Assembly: GCA_000165345.1 (NCBI GenBank)
Contig: CM000432.1
Coordinates: 800,001 to 864,000, forward strand
DNA length: 64,000 nucleotides
Direction: 5' to 3'
Shown: one piece after another, positions 10,514 to 21,304 of the stretch
Position numbering within the stretch: position 1 is the stretch's first letter
Layout: each line of letters starts with the position of its first letter
The notes under the pieces: model-generated
Seen by the model: only the letters and a program-made list of their open reading frames with translations
The model's database searches: none
Told to the model about the DNA's origin: nothing
Translations under genes and position numbers: made by a program

Positions 10514-11152
10514 TTTTATTGTATTTACATGCACATCAGAGCTCACACTGCATCTAAGAACAGATAAGTTTTGGTATTCTGAGTAAATCACTCCAGTAAA
10601 TAAAAATTGGGAAATTAAATAAAAAATTAGGATGTGTGCATTTGGGCAGAATATGAGAAAAAAAAACACAGAAATTGATTTAAACTCAAAATTTCAGGTG
10701 GAAAAGATTTAAAAATCAAACACAAATAGAAAATAATTATTAGTTCATGGATTTGTATATATTTTCATTATTGCCTTGTCATAAATCAAAAATTTATCAA
10801 TTTTTATAAATTATATTTCTGTATGGTCTACATAATTTAGAGGCTAATTTTGACGTATATATAAGGCTGGCGTCATGTCGTGCAGAATGATGGAATTAGA
10901 GTCATTACTTAACGATACTATATATATTGTAAATACATATATTACCAAATAAGTAAAAGAAGTTAATATTATCAATTGAAAATAAAATTAACAGATCAAT
11001 TAGAAAGAATTAACTCAAGCTATAGATTTGGGATGAATTAAGAAAATTGACTTGGGAGAAAAAATAAAAAATAATAAATTTAAGCCTCAAATACTTGAAA
11101 GAAAGGTCGAACGCAAAATCGATTAGGATTGTGGGAAAATCTTTCCTAAGTA

Positions 11153-14100
11153 ATGAAGAAGATTGGATTTATTTCTTTAATTTGTATTTTAATATATCTA
11201 AATATCCAAGTTACTTTGGGCGGAGATGCTCAGACTACCCTTATTGAGCAGGAAAAGCTGTATAAAATAGGAATCGAGGAAAATGAATATGATAAAGCGC
11301 TTGAAGATGATTGGATTAAATTCACTCCCGAGAAGAGATGCCAGCTAATAATAGATAAGTTAGAAAATGATGTAAAAAAATCGATTTCAAGTGCAAAAGA
11401 AAACTTAATAGTCTATACAATACTTAGACCAATTCCTGTTGATGATTCTGGGGCATGCTTTAAAAGGATCATATTATGGCATTATGAAAAAGTTGAATTA
11501 ATCAAGAACGATAGGAGCATTGTTAATTATGAGGATATAATTCCGGTAAGGTTGTTACTGTTGGGTATGTCTCCAAAACAAATTGAAAAAGAGCCAAAAG
11601 ACCTGGCAGAAATTCCAGAATTTCTTGATATAGCTTGCAAGCAATTACTTTCTCAGAAGCCAAGAATGAGATGGCCATTGTCAGGTGCAAGATATCATCC
11701 ATATATTTCGAATATTTTAGGTTTTCAAAAAGTCTGGATTTATCGTGTGAGTGAATTATTATCAGCCTGCGCTCAACATACATATCAATCTTCAAATGGA
11801 TACATTATAATGCTTCTTGTTTCAACAGAACAAATGGTGAATGATAGTATTTTTGGAGATTACCAGAATGCTTGGAAGGGTAGGCACGGACAAAAGGATA
11901 AGAAAGAAATCATATTTGATATGGATTATGACGTTAAGAAATCAAAAAAATCGAGTCCTACTGTGAATGAAGGTGAAAAAACACAAGAACGTAAAGTTAT
12001 TGATTTTGATATTCCAAAAGATGCAGAAAAAATAAATACAAATTCTTTTTCTCGTTACCCACAAAATAATGTGGTTGATATTGAGGTGATTAAACCTCCA
12101 AGTCATAATGGAGAGGAATATTATTCAGGAAAATTTCCAGTTTATGAGATTCCAAATTCTGTTACCTCAGAAATATGTCAAGAAGTTGGGACAAAAGAGA
12201 TTCCAGGCCAATCTAAGTATAAGCAATTTCCAATGTCAAGTTCAAAAAACTATGGATTTTCCTCATTTATTGTTCCTCCAAATAGAATTGTGGAAAGGCC
12301 AAAATACACAGCAATACTACCAGATGATAGAGTAAATATCAATTTGCATGAGTATAGGAATTTCTGGAAAAGGCCAAACTATGTGAATAAATATAGAAAT
12401 ATTGATTCTCTTTATGATTATTTGGTTGAAAAAGCAAATTTAAATTGGCCAGAAACTTCAAATGATTATTTGAAATTTGAAAATGAAAATTTGGTTAAGC
12501 CTTATATTATAAATAAGTCTGAATATTTCAAAGTTGATTCAGATCCACAACTTGTGATTTATCCAAGGCAAGGAGGAAATTTGGAAAGCCGGTATATTGG
12601 AGGAGAAGAACCATTAATTCAGCCGTTTCAGAGCTCAGAACTTGTAGATTCATATGAGTATGGATCATCTGAAAATGATCCACAGATTCAGAGGCTTGCA
12701 TATTTTGATAACAATGAATTACCTGAATATGAGAGGACTATGATAGATGATGTTCCAGATAAATTCTTTCCATTTCCTGTTCAAAAACAAGGAGTTACTC
12801 TACTGAATTATAAGGACCCTCTATTAAAAGTAGATTTCCAAGGAATGACGGGAAGGAAAGTCAATAAACAGCCATTTTTAAATTTTGAAGAAGATGAATC
12901 ATTTCAAGAAAGAGATATTTCTCAGGAAGATGATGATTCAATTCCATATTCTAAATTTAGAGACACTGCAAGGAATGCAATTGTCAAATGGTATATTGAT
13001 GATGATAATGAAGGAGATACCCGTTTAACAGGCAAGGATAGAAGAATAATAAAAAAGTTATTTTCACTTATTGAACATGTTGATCCAGATCATTATAATG
13101 AGTTAATGAACAGGGGGGATGATTATATTGTTAGACAAATAATAAGGATTGGTAGATCTAAGGATAAAAACTTTGAGAATATTTTAACAGCAAGAAAGAA
13201 TAGATCAGGAGTAGATGATAATTATTATGGTGTCTATAAGGAAAAGAAGACACCAACAAAAATATTAAAATATAAAAGTAAAAAAGGTAGGAGTAGAGGA
13301 AAAAATAAAAGAAATCGTGGAAGTAAGTCAAAAAAAAGAAGTGGAAAGAATGGAGGAAAGAAAGGGGGAGGATCGTCAAAAAAGAAGCAAGAATTTGCCA
13401 GTAATAGCAGTGAGACAGAGTCAGAATCATCAGAGGAAATTACAAAAATCCCCAAAGATATATTCATCCAGGATTTATTGAATGAAAAGTATGATTTCCA
13501 AAATATACTGAAAAAGGAAAGATTGAAAAGATTCCAAAAGCTATTAAAGGATTCACTGGCAGCAAGGGTGAATGAGATTGAGAAAAAAGAAAAAATGACT
13601 ATTCCAATAAAGAATGTTGAAATCTTGAAATCTTCTGTAAAAAATGAACAAAAGAATAGGGATCAATTAGAAAAGGAATATAAGAAAAATCTGGAAGAAC
13701 ATGCAAAAATACTCGATCTTCTCAAGAAGAACCAAGAAAAGCTACGTGAAAAAATGGAGGAAGAGCATAAGAAAAAGCAGGAGGAGTTAAAGAAAGAGAT
13801 GAAAGATTCAGTCAATCAGCTTGAAGCAGCATTAGATACTGCATCAGGAACTATAGGAGAAATTGAAAAGGAAAAAAGATTTTTAGATGAAAGATTGAAA
13901 AACTTAGAAGGAGATAATCAACATATTCGAACATTAATCAGTATGAAAGATAATTATATAAAGAAGATGGAAAAAAGTAGAATTGAGTTGGAGACAAAAC
14001 AGGAAATTGAATTGAAGGAAATGAAGAAGAATTATGAGAAACAATTGAATGAGTTAAGGAAAAATTTGAGTAAAGATGATACAATTTCTGGATTGAGTAG

Positions 14101-17100
14101 TATGGTGAGTAATTTAGAATTTGAAGCAAAAAAGAATTTAGAAAAGATTGAAGAAAATGCATTAACTGATGAGAAGATTAGACAAGCAATAGAACAGAGA
14201 TTAAAAGATAGAGAAAAACAATTAGAATTGTCATATCAAAAACAAAAACAGAGAGATACTGACTATTTGAATTATGTATTACAAATTTTAGAATCAAAAG
14301 AGTCAGAAGATGCTAAGAAAGTTATTAAAGACTTGAAGGGAAGAATTCTGGAATTGGAAGAAAAACAGGAAGAGTTACAACATACGAGAGAAGAATTGGA
14401 AATGATTAACAATGATTTAATACAAACAGTTGAAGAGCAAAACAAAATCATGGTTGAATTAATGAAGAAGGTAGAGGATTTGAAGATTCAGAAAGAAAAG
14501 GCTCAGGATGAGTTAGTTTTAGCTAAAGAAAAGTATAATGATATTACACAGGTTGAAAAACGATTAAAAGATCAATTAGAAGAAATTAAGAAATCAGGAG
14601 CTCCATCTGAAGAGATATTAAAACATTTGCAAAAGTCTTTGGATGTTGCCGAGAAAGAAAGAATGTTAGCATCTGAAATGGTTAAGAATGCTGAAGTGAA
14701 TTATGGTAATAGTGAAAATAATGTTAAAATAGCTATGGAAAAGCTTGAGAAGATGAAAGTCAGATCTGATAGTCAAAAAGAGTTTGAAAGGGAATTAAAA
14801 GCTGAAATTGAAAAACGTTTGGCCTCAAACAAAAATGCTTTGGTTATGTCTGGTCAAGGAGAAAGTGATCAAGGAGAATATTTAATGAGTAGTGAAATAA
14901 AACCATTGAGTAGAAAAGAGTTGGATGAATTGAATAAATTAAGAAGTTTAGGATTGGACGAACTTTCTGATGATGAAAAAAAGAAATTATTGATTTTGGG
15001 TCAAAGACAATTAGCTACTATGGAATTATCAGTTGTTTCTTCATTTGGAGAGTTGAATAATCAAATATCTAAAGTACTAGATAATGATGAAATTGAGAAA
15101 AGTAAAGTTTTATGGAACCAGGTTTCTGATTCATCTGTCAATAGAATGGAGGTTGAGAATTCTTTAGGAGAAATTTTGTTAGAGAAAATTGAAGGTCAAG
15201 AACAATCTTTGAATAATATGAAAAGTTTGTTGGAAGAAACACAAAATACTATTTCTGAGTTGAATAAACAATTAATTATTCAAAGAGAATTGTCTGGTGA
15301 AGCAAGTAATTATTATAAAAATATTTCTGATGGTAAAATCAAAGAGAAAAGTATTGGGATTTCTTCTGATCTTCATATATATGATAATAATGGTAATGGA
15401 AAAGAGGACCAAACTGAAGGAGTTACATCAGGTGAAAATGATGAAAACTCAAATAAGGTATTTGAAGAACTTAGTAACGATATTATTATTCCAGGTGAAG
15501 AGGATATGGAAGATATTGGTAAAGATTTGAAAAATAATAACTTGGAAAGTGATGGCCCTCCTGCTATTGAATCTCCTCCATTGCCAGGACAAGGATTAGA
15601 TTCAAGTGACTTTAAAGATCAAGTTGATTACTATGTTCAGGGAGAAGAAAATGATAATGGTGAAGGTATTGAAAATTTAAAGTTTAAAAAAGAATTAAAA
15701 AATAAAATGAAAGAAATTACTGAGAGAAGCAATCAACCAAAGAAAGAAAGCAATACAGAACAAGAAGAATCAACTGAGAAACATTTGGAAAACAAAAAAG
15801 TTGAACAGGATTCTGAGGAAAAAGAGGTTTCGAAGAAAAAAACTGAATCTGGATCATCAAGTTTAGGTAGAAAAGAACGTGTAAGTTCTCCATTATCAGT
15901 CCAAAAAATGATGAGTGATACTCCTGATGTAAATTTAAAGAAAACTCTTGTTGGTAATACTGAATATGAAAAGAATGTAAATCAACATAATCATCCTTTG
16001 GAAAATACTAATAAAAGTGATGGTGATAGTTTTTCAGACTGTTTATATATGTTACATGATGTTCAAAATGAAAGACCTCCATCATCTGGAATTACTTGTG
16101 AAAACATTATTAATACTATTAAGAGAAATTTGGATCTATTTTCTGAGTCTTTTAATTCTGAAAAGCCACAAAATATGAATGAAGTTATGACAAGAACTGT
16201 ATTGCCAGGAATGCAATATGATGAATGTTATAATTCTACAATGATTACTTTTGAAGATTTCCAAGAGAAAATGATTGAAAATGGAGTTTTTGTACGTGTT
16301 TTTGTATTATTAACAGATTTTATGGATACTTTAATGATTGGAGATATTAGTCGAACTGGTTATATTTTGAGTAATATTCCACTTGTAATTTATAAAGCAT
16401 TGGGGAATACAATAAATAAATCTTCAAATAATGATCAAAGTTTAGATACTATAGAAACTGTAATTAATAATTTCCCTTCAGAATGGATACATGAACATAT
16501 GAGGACTTGTAAGGAAATTTTATCAGGAAAGAGTTTGGATGAAATTACAAAATCTAAAAGTATATCAAGTCCTAATATATTTTCACCATTAAGATCACCA
16601 TCTTTTTTAAATAATAATTATAGTCGAGAAGGATTAAAAAACTTACCACCAATATTTTTAGCAAATATTGAAGTTTCACCAAGACCTGATAAAGAACCTT
16701 GTATTCGAATTATTAAGAGAATTAAACAAAGGATATCAGAAGTTAATGGATTATTGATAAGAAAAAGAGAGTTACAAGAGAAATTAAAAATTAAAGATGC
16801 TCAAGAAAAGCTCTTTGTATTTACTTTTGAAGATACTTTACCATATAATTTATCAAATCAAGCAACTTCTCAATATTGTGAAAAGTATTTATCAGAATTA
16901 TTCATTAAAATGAATAATATGGAATGGAGAGCAAAACCGAAGAATAATTCTTTAGTTAGGTTAATAACAATACCAACATCTTCTGATCAATCAAAGGTTA
17001 ATATAAAAGATGAAAGTCAAATCAACTTGAATGAATGGAAGAAAGAGGCGTTAAGATTGACTTTTGATTCATCAATTACAAATGAGTGGATGGGGAATTC

Positions 17101-17539
17101 TTTAATTGAATATTTAACAAATAAAAGAATTACAAAGAATTTTGGATTTTTGTCTAGTGAATTAGCTAGAACTCTTACAATTAAATTATTGGATACTATT
17201 AGTTTAAAAGATGAAATGAGTAAAGACATTTTAATGCAACATGGATGGGGTATAGGAACAGGATCAGGATCAGGATCAGGATCGGGATCGGGATCTGAGT
17301 CAGATGGAATGTTAAGCAAGATATTTAATAGTATTCAAGATACAATTTCATCAACAAATAATGTAAATATGATAAGTAATAAAGAATTTAAAACAATTCC
17401 TGGTGTAATATTAATATTAAGGACTAGTGATGATATTCCTCCGAATACTATGATTAATCCTTTATTATTATCTTTAAAGCCGGATGAATCTCCTTACATG
17501 ATTGAAACCATTAAAAATAAAAATAAGGTTCAAGAATAA
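11153..17539 (+). CDS. Large secreted protein (2128 aa). It has a signal peptide, a long K/E-rich coiled-coil region (~13450-15300), a basic KKGRSRGKNKRNRGSKSKK tract and an SG dipeptide repeat near the C-terminus.
   Basis: 6387-nt ORF with ATG at 11153. The N-terminus MKKIGFISLICILIYLNIQVTLG is a classic signal peptide. The (GGATCR)n repeat at 17264-17299 encodes SGSGSGSGSGSG. Confidence 0.85.
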   Translation: MKKIGFISLICILIYLNIQVTLGGDAQTTLIEQEKLYKIGIEENEYDKALEDDWIKFTPEKRCQLIIDKLENDVKKSISSAKENLIVYTILRPIPVDDSGACFKRIILWHYEKVELIKNDRSIVNYEDIIPVRLLLLGMSPKQIEKEPKDLAEIPEFLDIACKQLLSQKPRMRWPLSGARYHPYISNILGFQKVWIYRVSELLSACAQHTYQSSNGYIIMLLVSTEQMVNDSIFGDYQNAWKGRHGQKDKKEIIFDMDYDVKKSKKSSPTVNEGEKTQERKVIDFDIPKDAEKINTNSFSRYPQNNVVDIEVIKPPSHNGEEYYSGKFPVYEIPNSVTSEICQEVGTKEIPGQSKYKQFPMSSSKNYGFSSFIVPPNRIVERPKYTAILPDDRVNINLHEYRNFWKRPNYVNKYRNIDSLYDYLVEKANLNWPETSNDYLKFENENLVKPYIINKSEYFKVDSDPQLVIYPRQGGNLESRYIGGEEPLIQPFQSSELVDSYEYGSSENDPQIQRLAYFDNNELPEYERTMIDDVPDKFFPFPVQKQGVTLLNYKDPLLKVDFQGMTGRKVNKQPFLNFEEDESFQERDISQEDDDSIPYSKFRDTARNAIVKWYIDDDNEGDTRLTGKDRRIIKKLFSLIEHVDPDHYNELMNRGDDYIVRQIIRIGRSKDKNFENILTARKNRSGVDDNYYGVYKEKKTPTKILKYKSKKGRSRGKNKRNRGSKSKKRSGKNGGKKGGGSSKKKQEFASNSSETESESSEEITKIPKDIFIQDLLNEKYDFQNILKKERLKRFQKLLKDSLAARVNEIEKKEKMTIPIKNVEILKSSVKNEQKNRDQLEKEYKKNLEEHAKILDLLKKNQEKLREKMEEEHKKKQEELKKEMKDSVNQLEAALDTASGTIGEIEKEKRFLDERLKNLEGDNQHIRTLISMKDNYIKKMEKSRIELETKQEIELKEMKKNYEKQLNELRKNLSKDDTISGLSSMVSNLEFEAKKNLEKIEENALTDEKIRQAIEQRLKDREKQLELSYQKQKQRDTDYLNYVLQILESKESEDAKKVIKDLKGRILELEEKQEELQHTREELEMINNDLIQTVEEQNKIMVELMKKVEDLKIQKEKAQDELVLAKEKYNDITQVEKRLKDQLEEIKKSGAPSEEILKHLQKSLDVAEKERMLASEMVKNAEVNYGNSENNVKIAMEKLEKMKVRSDSQKEFERELKAEIEKRLASNKNALVMSGQGESDQGEYLMSSEIKPLSRKELDELNKLRSLGLDELSDDEKKKLLILGQRQLATMELSVVSSFGELNNQISKVLDNDEIEKSKVLWNQVSDSSVNRMEVENSLGEILLEKIEGQEQSLNNMKSLLEETQNTISELNKQLIIQRELSGEASNYYKNISDGKIKEKSIGISSDLHIYDNNGNGKEDQTEGVTSGENDENSNKVFEELSNDIIIPGEEDMEDIGKDLKNNNLESDGPPAIESPPLPGQGLDSSDFKDQVDYYVQGEENDNGEGIENLKFKKELKNKMKEITERSNQPKKESNTEQEESTEKHLENKKVEQDSEEKEVSKKKTESGSSSLGRKERVSSPLSVQKMMSDTPDVNLKKTLVGNTEYEKNVNQHNHPLENTNKSDGDSFSDCLYMLHDVQNERPPSSGITCENIINTIKRNLDLFSESFNSEKPQNMNEVMTRTVLPGMQYDECYNSTMITFEDFQEKMIENGVFVRVFVLLTDFMDTLMIGDISRTGYILSNIPLVIYKALGNTINKSSNNDQSLDTIETVINNFPSEWIHEHMRTCKEILSGKSLDEITKSKSISSPNIFSPLRSPSFLNNNYSREGLKNLPPIFLANIEVSPRPDKEPCIRIIKRIKQRISEVNGLLIRKRELQEKLKIKDAQEKLFVFTFEDTLPYNLSNQATSQYCEKYLSELFIKMNNMEWRAKPKNNSLVRLITIPTSSDQSKVNIKDESQINLNEWKKEALRLTFDSSITNEWMGNSLIEYLTNKRITKNFGFLSSELARTLTIKLLDTISLKDEMSKDILMQHGWGIGTGSGSGSGSGSGSESDGMLSKIFNSIQDTISSTNNVNMISNKEFKTIPGVILILRTSDDIPPNTMINPLLLSLKPDESPYMIETIKNKNKVQE

Positions 17540-17709
17540 TCATATTAATACGAACTTTCTAATTTAGATTAATAATAGGTTTTTTATATTTATTTACTTA
17601 AAAAAAGTTATCTTTATATAATTAATTAATTTGTTATTAAAATGAAAATATATTAATTTTGAATAATTTGGTAAATTTAATATAGTAGCTTTAAAGAGAC
17701 TTGACTTTA

Positions 17710-20097
17710 TTATGACTTCTTTTTTCTTTGTAACTTTAATACTTTCTTAAGTCTCTTATAATTCTTTTTAAAAGAATTCTTTTCAATGACCATCATTGGA
17801 ACGATCATCATTTGAATATTATTATTAAGTATCTTAGTTCTTAAGCTATTTAGCCACTCATTAATTATATCCATATCTTTTGGAGAATTAATATTATTAA
17901 TAGTGACCAGCCTTTTTTGACCTTGTTTTCTTTGCTTTTTATTTGTAGTAAATCCTAATAATTCACTTTCCTTTAATAATAAATCATTTTGATCAACAGT
18001 TTCCGTACCACCATTTTTCTTTAAACAAACTAAAGTAATTCTGACTGACTTAATTTTCTTTAAATCCATCAATAGGCGATTACAATCACTTACTCTGGTT
18101 AAGAAACCAAAAGGAAAGGCTTGTTGTAATATAATTACAGGTGAAGAATTATTAAATGTTCTTTGAAAACGATATTTCAAAGCATCAAAGGATCTTGCAT
18201 AATTATAAATAATTGAAAGATTATATTTATATAATCTGGATCCATACCAAATACTCTTTAATATACGATATCCATTCAAAGTAAAAATTGGTTGATCCCA
18301 TCTCTCAATCATATGGCCAAATAACTGATCACTATTTTTTTTTTCACATCCATATTTTTCATTTCCTATAGAAACAGGAAATAGGATAAATTTTGAAACA
18401 TTAGTGATTGGAGACGACTTTAACATTGCAATTGCTACTCTATTTATTACATTTGCAACTGAATAATTTGGAACATTACCCACAATACATGTAGATATTC
18501 TTTGTTTGTGTTTTAAAATCTTAAATATTCCAGAAACTAAACACACCCAAAGATTCTTCAAAACGGATAAATACACATGAATAGTATCAACATATACTAG
18601 ATTAAATCTTGCATCTTTTTGATATTGTGATTTTTTCATTTTTTTAAAAATCTTTTTAAAGTTTTTATACTTGTACTGTTTTTTTTGTGAAACTTGACCT
18701 TTAATCATTTCTTCAATAGCAGCATCATCCATAGGCAAGTTAATGGAAGAAACAGGAGATTTCTGATATCCAATAAATAATACTCTCTTACCTCTAGTAA
18801 GTTTAAATCTTTTAACTTTCTTAATATTTTTATTTACAGATTTAGTTAAGATTTGAAAATCTTGCTCAGTTGGTAAATAACTTCCCATAGCTGTGAATGG
18901 TATTGAATTAAACTTTTGTTGTATTGTATTAGTTTCTTTTTTAATTCTGCGTGGTAGTTTTTCATAATATCTGGAAGTGGATGCATATTTCGAATAAATA
19001 ACATAATTCATATAACACAACTCAAGAACTTTATTCATGCTATCAATATATAGAACAACATCCTTAACTTTGTGGTCATATCTTTTCCATTGGCGTTTTG
19101 AAAAGAATTCACTCATTGTTAAAAGTTGATATCTCTCTAATTTGGATTGATCATTTTCATCCACTTTTAATCCATGTTTCTTATTTTCTAAATCTAACTT
19201 TTTAAACCTTCTTAATAATTTCCGTCTCTTTTGCTTACTCAACTTATTCAAACTTTTGTTCTTGGATTTTTTAATAAAAATATCATATTTATTTTCTGGA
19301 CAATCTTCTTCTGATTTGCCAGTCACCATTAAATAAAGTCCATTTGGTGAAACGGTTGCTGCTGGTCTTTCTCTTATTTGAAGAAATGTATTTCTTTCTC
19401 TGACGGGTATTTTTTCGATAGAATCAAAATGAACCAAGGATCTTGGAACATAGTTCATTACATCAGCTGCCATATTTTTTTGATCCTGGTCGAATTTTGG
19501 CATTTTCTTATGATATTCATACCTCAAAGCTTCTTCTTTTTTGGTAACTACTGGGGCATTCAATTGATCATAACTTCCTTTATCATATACAATATTTTTG
19601 TCTTTAACTAAAACACTAATTGGTGTCTTTGAATAGTTTTCGTATTCATGCGACATCAATTCTTTAGGAGACTCCTCATAATATGTAAAACCGTCCCCAT
19701 TATAGTTTTCCTCTGGTTTATTTGAATTTTCATTACTTTGATCAGAACTCTCAGTTGAAATAGATGGCTTATTTCTTTTTTTTTCATCTTCACGATCTTT
19801 AGGAATTGAAGATCCTTGGTCCTGTAAAGCGTTTTCTGCTTCAACTGATGAAAGTTCAGAGTCATCATCAGAACTCATATCGGCGTATTCCACAAAGTTT
19901 CTTCTACTTCCTGGACTAACTTGGTTATTCTCTGTTTGAGCACCTATACCATTTTCCGATCCTTGCAACTCTTTGTTATTTTCCATTTGTAAACTATTAC
20001 TAGACGATTCTACCCATCCTATAATTAATATTATACTAAATAATATTAATATCAATCTTGAATTCATTATATCTTTATTTAGACTTTCTTTCCTCAT
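17710..20097 (-). CDS. Secreted lysine-rich protein (795 aa). Its C-terminal ~330 aa are paralogous to the C-terminus of the adjacent 2929-aa gene.
   Basis: ORF with ATG at 20097. The hydrophobic N-terminus is MNSRLILILFSIILIIGWV. The C-terminal stretch ...TCIVGNVPNYSVANVINRVAIAMLKSSPITNVSKFILFPVSIGNEK... aligns with ...TCIVGGVRSHFAAQKIYRVALKYLEMSPDLSLAKFLIIPLRIGKEN... of the neighbouring gene. The tails also match (VPMMVIEKN vs VPMIILPIFVDNN). Confidence 0.85.
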   Translation of the reverse strand: MRKESLNKDIMNSRLILILFSIILIIGWVESSSNSLQMENNKELQGSENGIGAQTENNQVSPGSRRNFVEYADMSSDDDSELSSVEAENALQDQGSSIPKDREDEKKRNKPSISTESSDQSNENSNKPEENYNGDGFTYYEESPKELMSHEYENYSKTPISVLVKDKNIVYDKGSYDQLNAPVVTKKEEALRYEYHKKMPKFDQDQKNMAADVMNYVPRSLVHFDSIEKIPVRERNTFLQIRERPAATVSPNGLYLMVTGKSEEDCPENKYDIFIKKSKNKSLNKLSKQKRRKLLRRFKKLDLENKKHGLKVDENDQSKLERYQLLTMSEFFSKRQWKRYDHKVKDVVLYIDSMNKVLELCYMNYVIYSKYASTSRYYEKLPRRIKKETNTIQQKFNSIPFTAMGSYLPTEQDFQILTKSVNKNIKKVKRFKLTRGKRVLFIGYQKSPVSSINLPMDDAAIEEMIKGQVSQKKQYKYKNFKKIFKKMKKSQYQKDARFNLVYVDTIHVYLSVLKNLWVCLVSGIFKILKHKQRISTCIVGNVPNYSVANVINRVAIAMLKSSPITNVSKFILFPVSIGNEKYGCEKKNSDQLFGHMIERWDQPIFTLNGYRILKSIWYGSRLYKYNLSIIYNYARSFDALKYRFQRTFNNSSPVIILQQAFPFGFLTRVSDCNRLLMDLKKIKSVRITLVCLKKNGGTETVDQNDLLLKESELLGFTTNKKQRKQGQKRLVTINNINSPKDMDIINEWLNSLRTKILNNNIQMMIVPMMVIEKNSFKKNYKRLKKVLKLQRKKKS

Positions 20098-21044
20098 TCA
20101 CATTTAAAATTAATTTATACAAATTACTCTTGAAGAAGGAAAAAAAAATTAGACTCTTTCTTGAACTTGACAATTATTGATTATTATATTTTTGATAGGC
20201 TTATACCCAAATCCAATTTAAAATTATTATTAAATATATTTTTTCCAATCTTAAATAACGAATTATTTATTAATCTTTTCATAAAAAATTGTGTGTACTG
20301 TACTCTCACAGATAATTTTTTGTTAAATACACAAAATACACATACTCTCAGTTAAATTTTTTTTTCATCCATTATTATTTGAAAAAAAGTTTATAATATA
20401 GTTTCTGAAGTTTCTTTAAATACACCAATAATGAAAATAATACTTAATTTTTTGAATGATTAGTTGTGAATAATTTTAATTTATACTGCTTTTCGAAAAA
20501 AAAAGGTGCACATAAAAATTGTCATTTATTTCATTAAATATTAATTTTATATAAAAAAGTTTTCGAATTCTCTTATACAAAAAACCATTACCACTTAAGA
20601 GCAGGTTAATAACCATTCAACTTAAATATTTATTTGCTTTAATAATTAATTTCCATTTTTTTAGCTTGTTTAAATTCCCACTTGCTTACCCTCGCATGCA
20701 CACAACTCATCCTTTTTTTTTTTTTTACAATAATTATAAACCTTCTAAATTAAATTAAGCCAAATTAAACACTTCAAAAGAAATTCAAATTTTATTTGAA
20801 TGTACTATTCATCACTCTCGATTGCAGTTTTTTCAAAACACTTGATTTTTTTTTTGTATTGGAAAAAAATGATAAAATTATTTGATTAATACTAACAATA
20901 ATAAAATAATAAAGCTGAAACTTGCATTCTTCATAATATATATATTAAAAATACATTACGTGTTTTTTTTCCACATTAATTAAATTAAATACCGGCGAAA
21001 AGTTTGCATATTTGCATGTATACATGAGTTTGCATGGCAAATAA

Positions 21045-21077
21045 ACCGGCATGCATGGGCATGTGGGGGGAGGGGGC
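21045..21077. promoter_or_regulatory. GCATGCAT box plus G-box (CCGGCATGCATGGGCATGTGGGGGGAGGGGGCAG)
   Basis: A GC-rich motif cluster with flanking TTTGCATATTTGCATG repeats (21001-21040). It lies ~950 nt upstream of the 795-aa gene and ~230 nt downstream of the 2929-aa stop. Confidence 0.35.
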
Positions 21078-21304
21078 AGAAATAGTGAGGTTTTGATTCA
21101 TGTATAGGCGAAAGAAAATAGTAAAATTAAAAATTAATTAAAATATAAATCTACAATATATCAATTAAAAGAATTTTCGGTGAATTAATACATTAACTCA
21201 TGTAAATTTGTAGCAATATAATTATATGGTTTTTTTTGTTTGCCAAAATTCTCTTCAAAAAAGAACTTTTAAATGGCTCATAATGATAGGTTAAGCTTGC
21301 TGCT

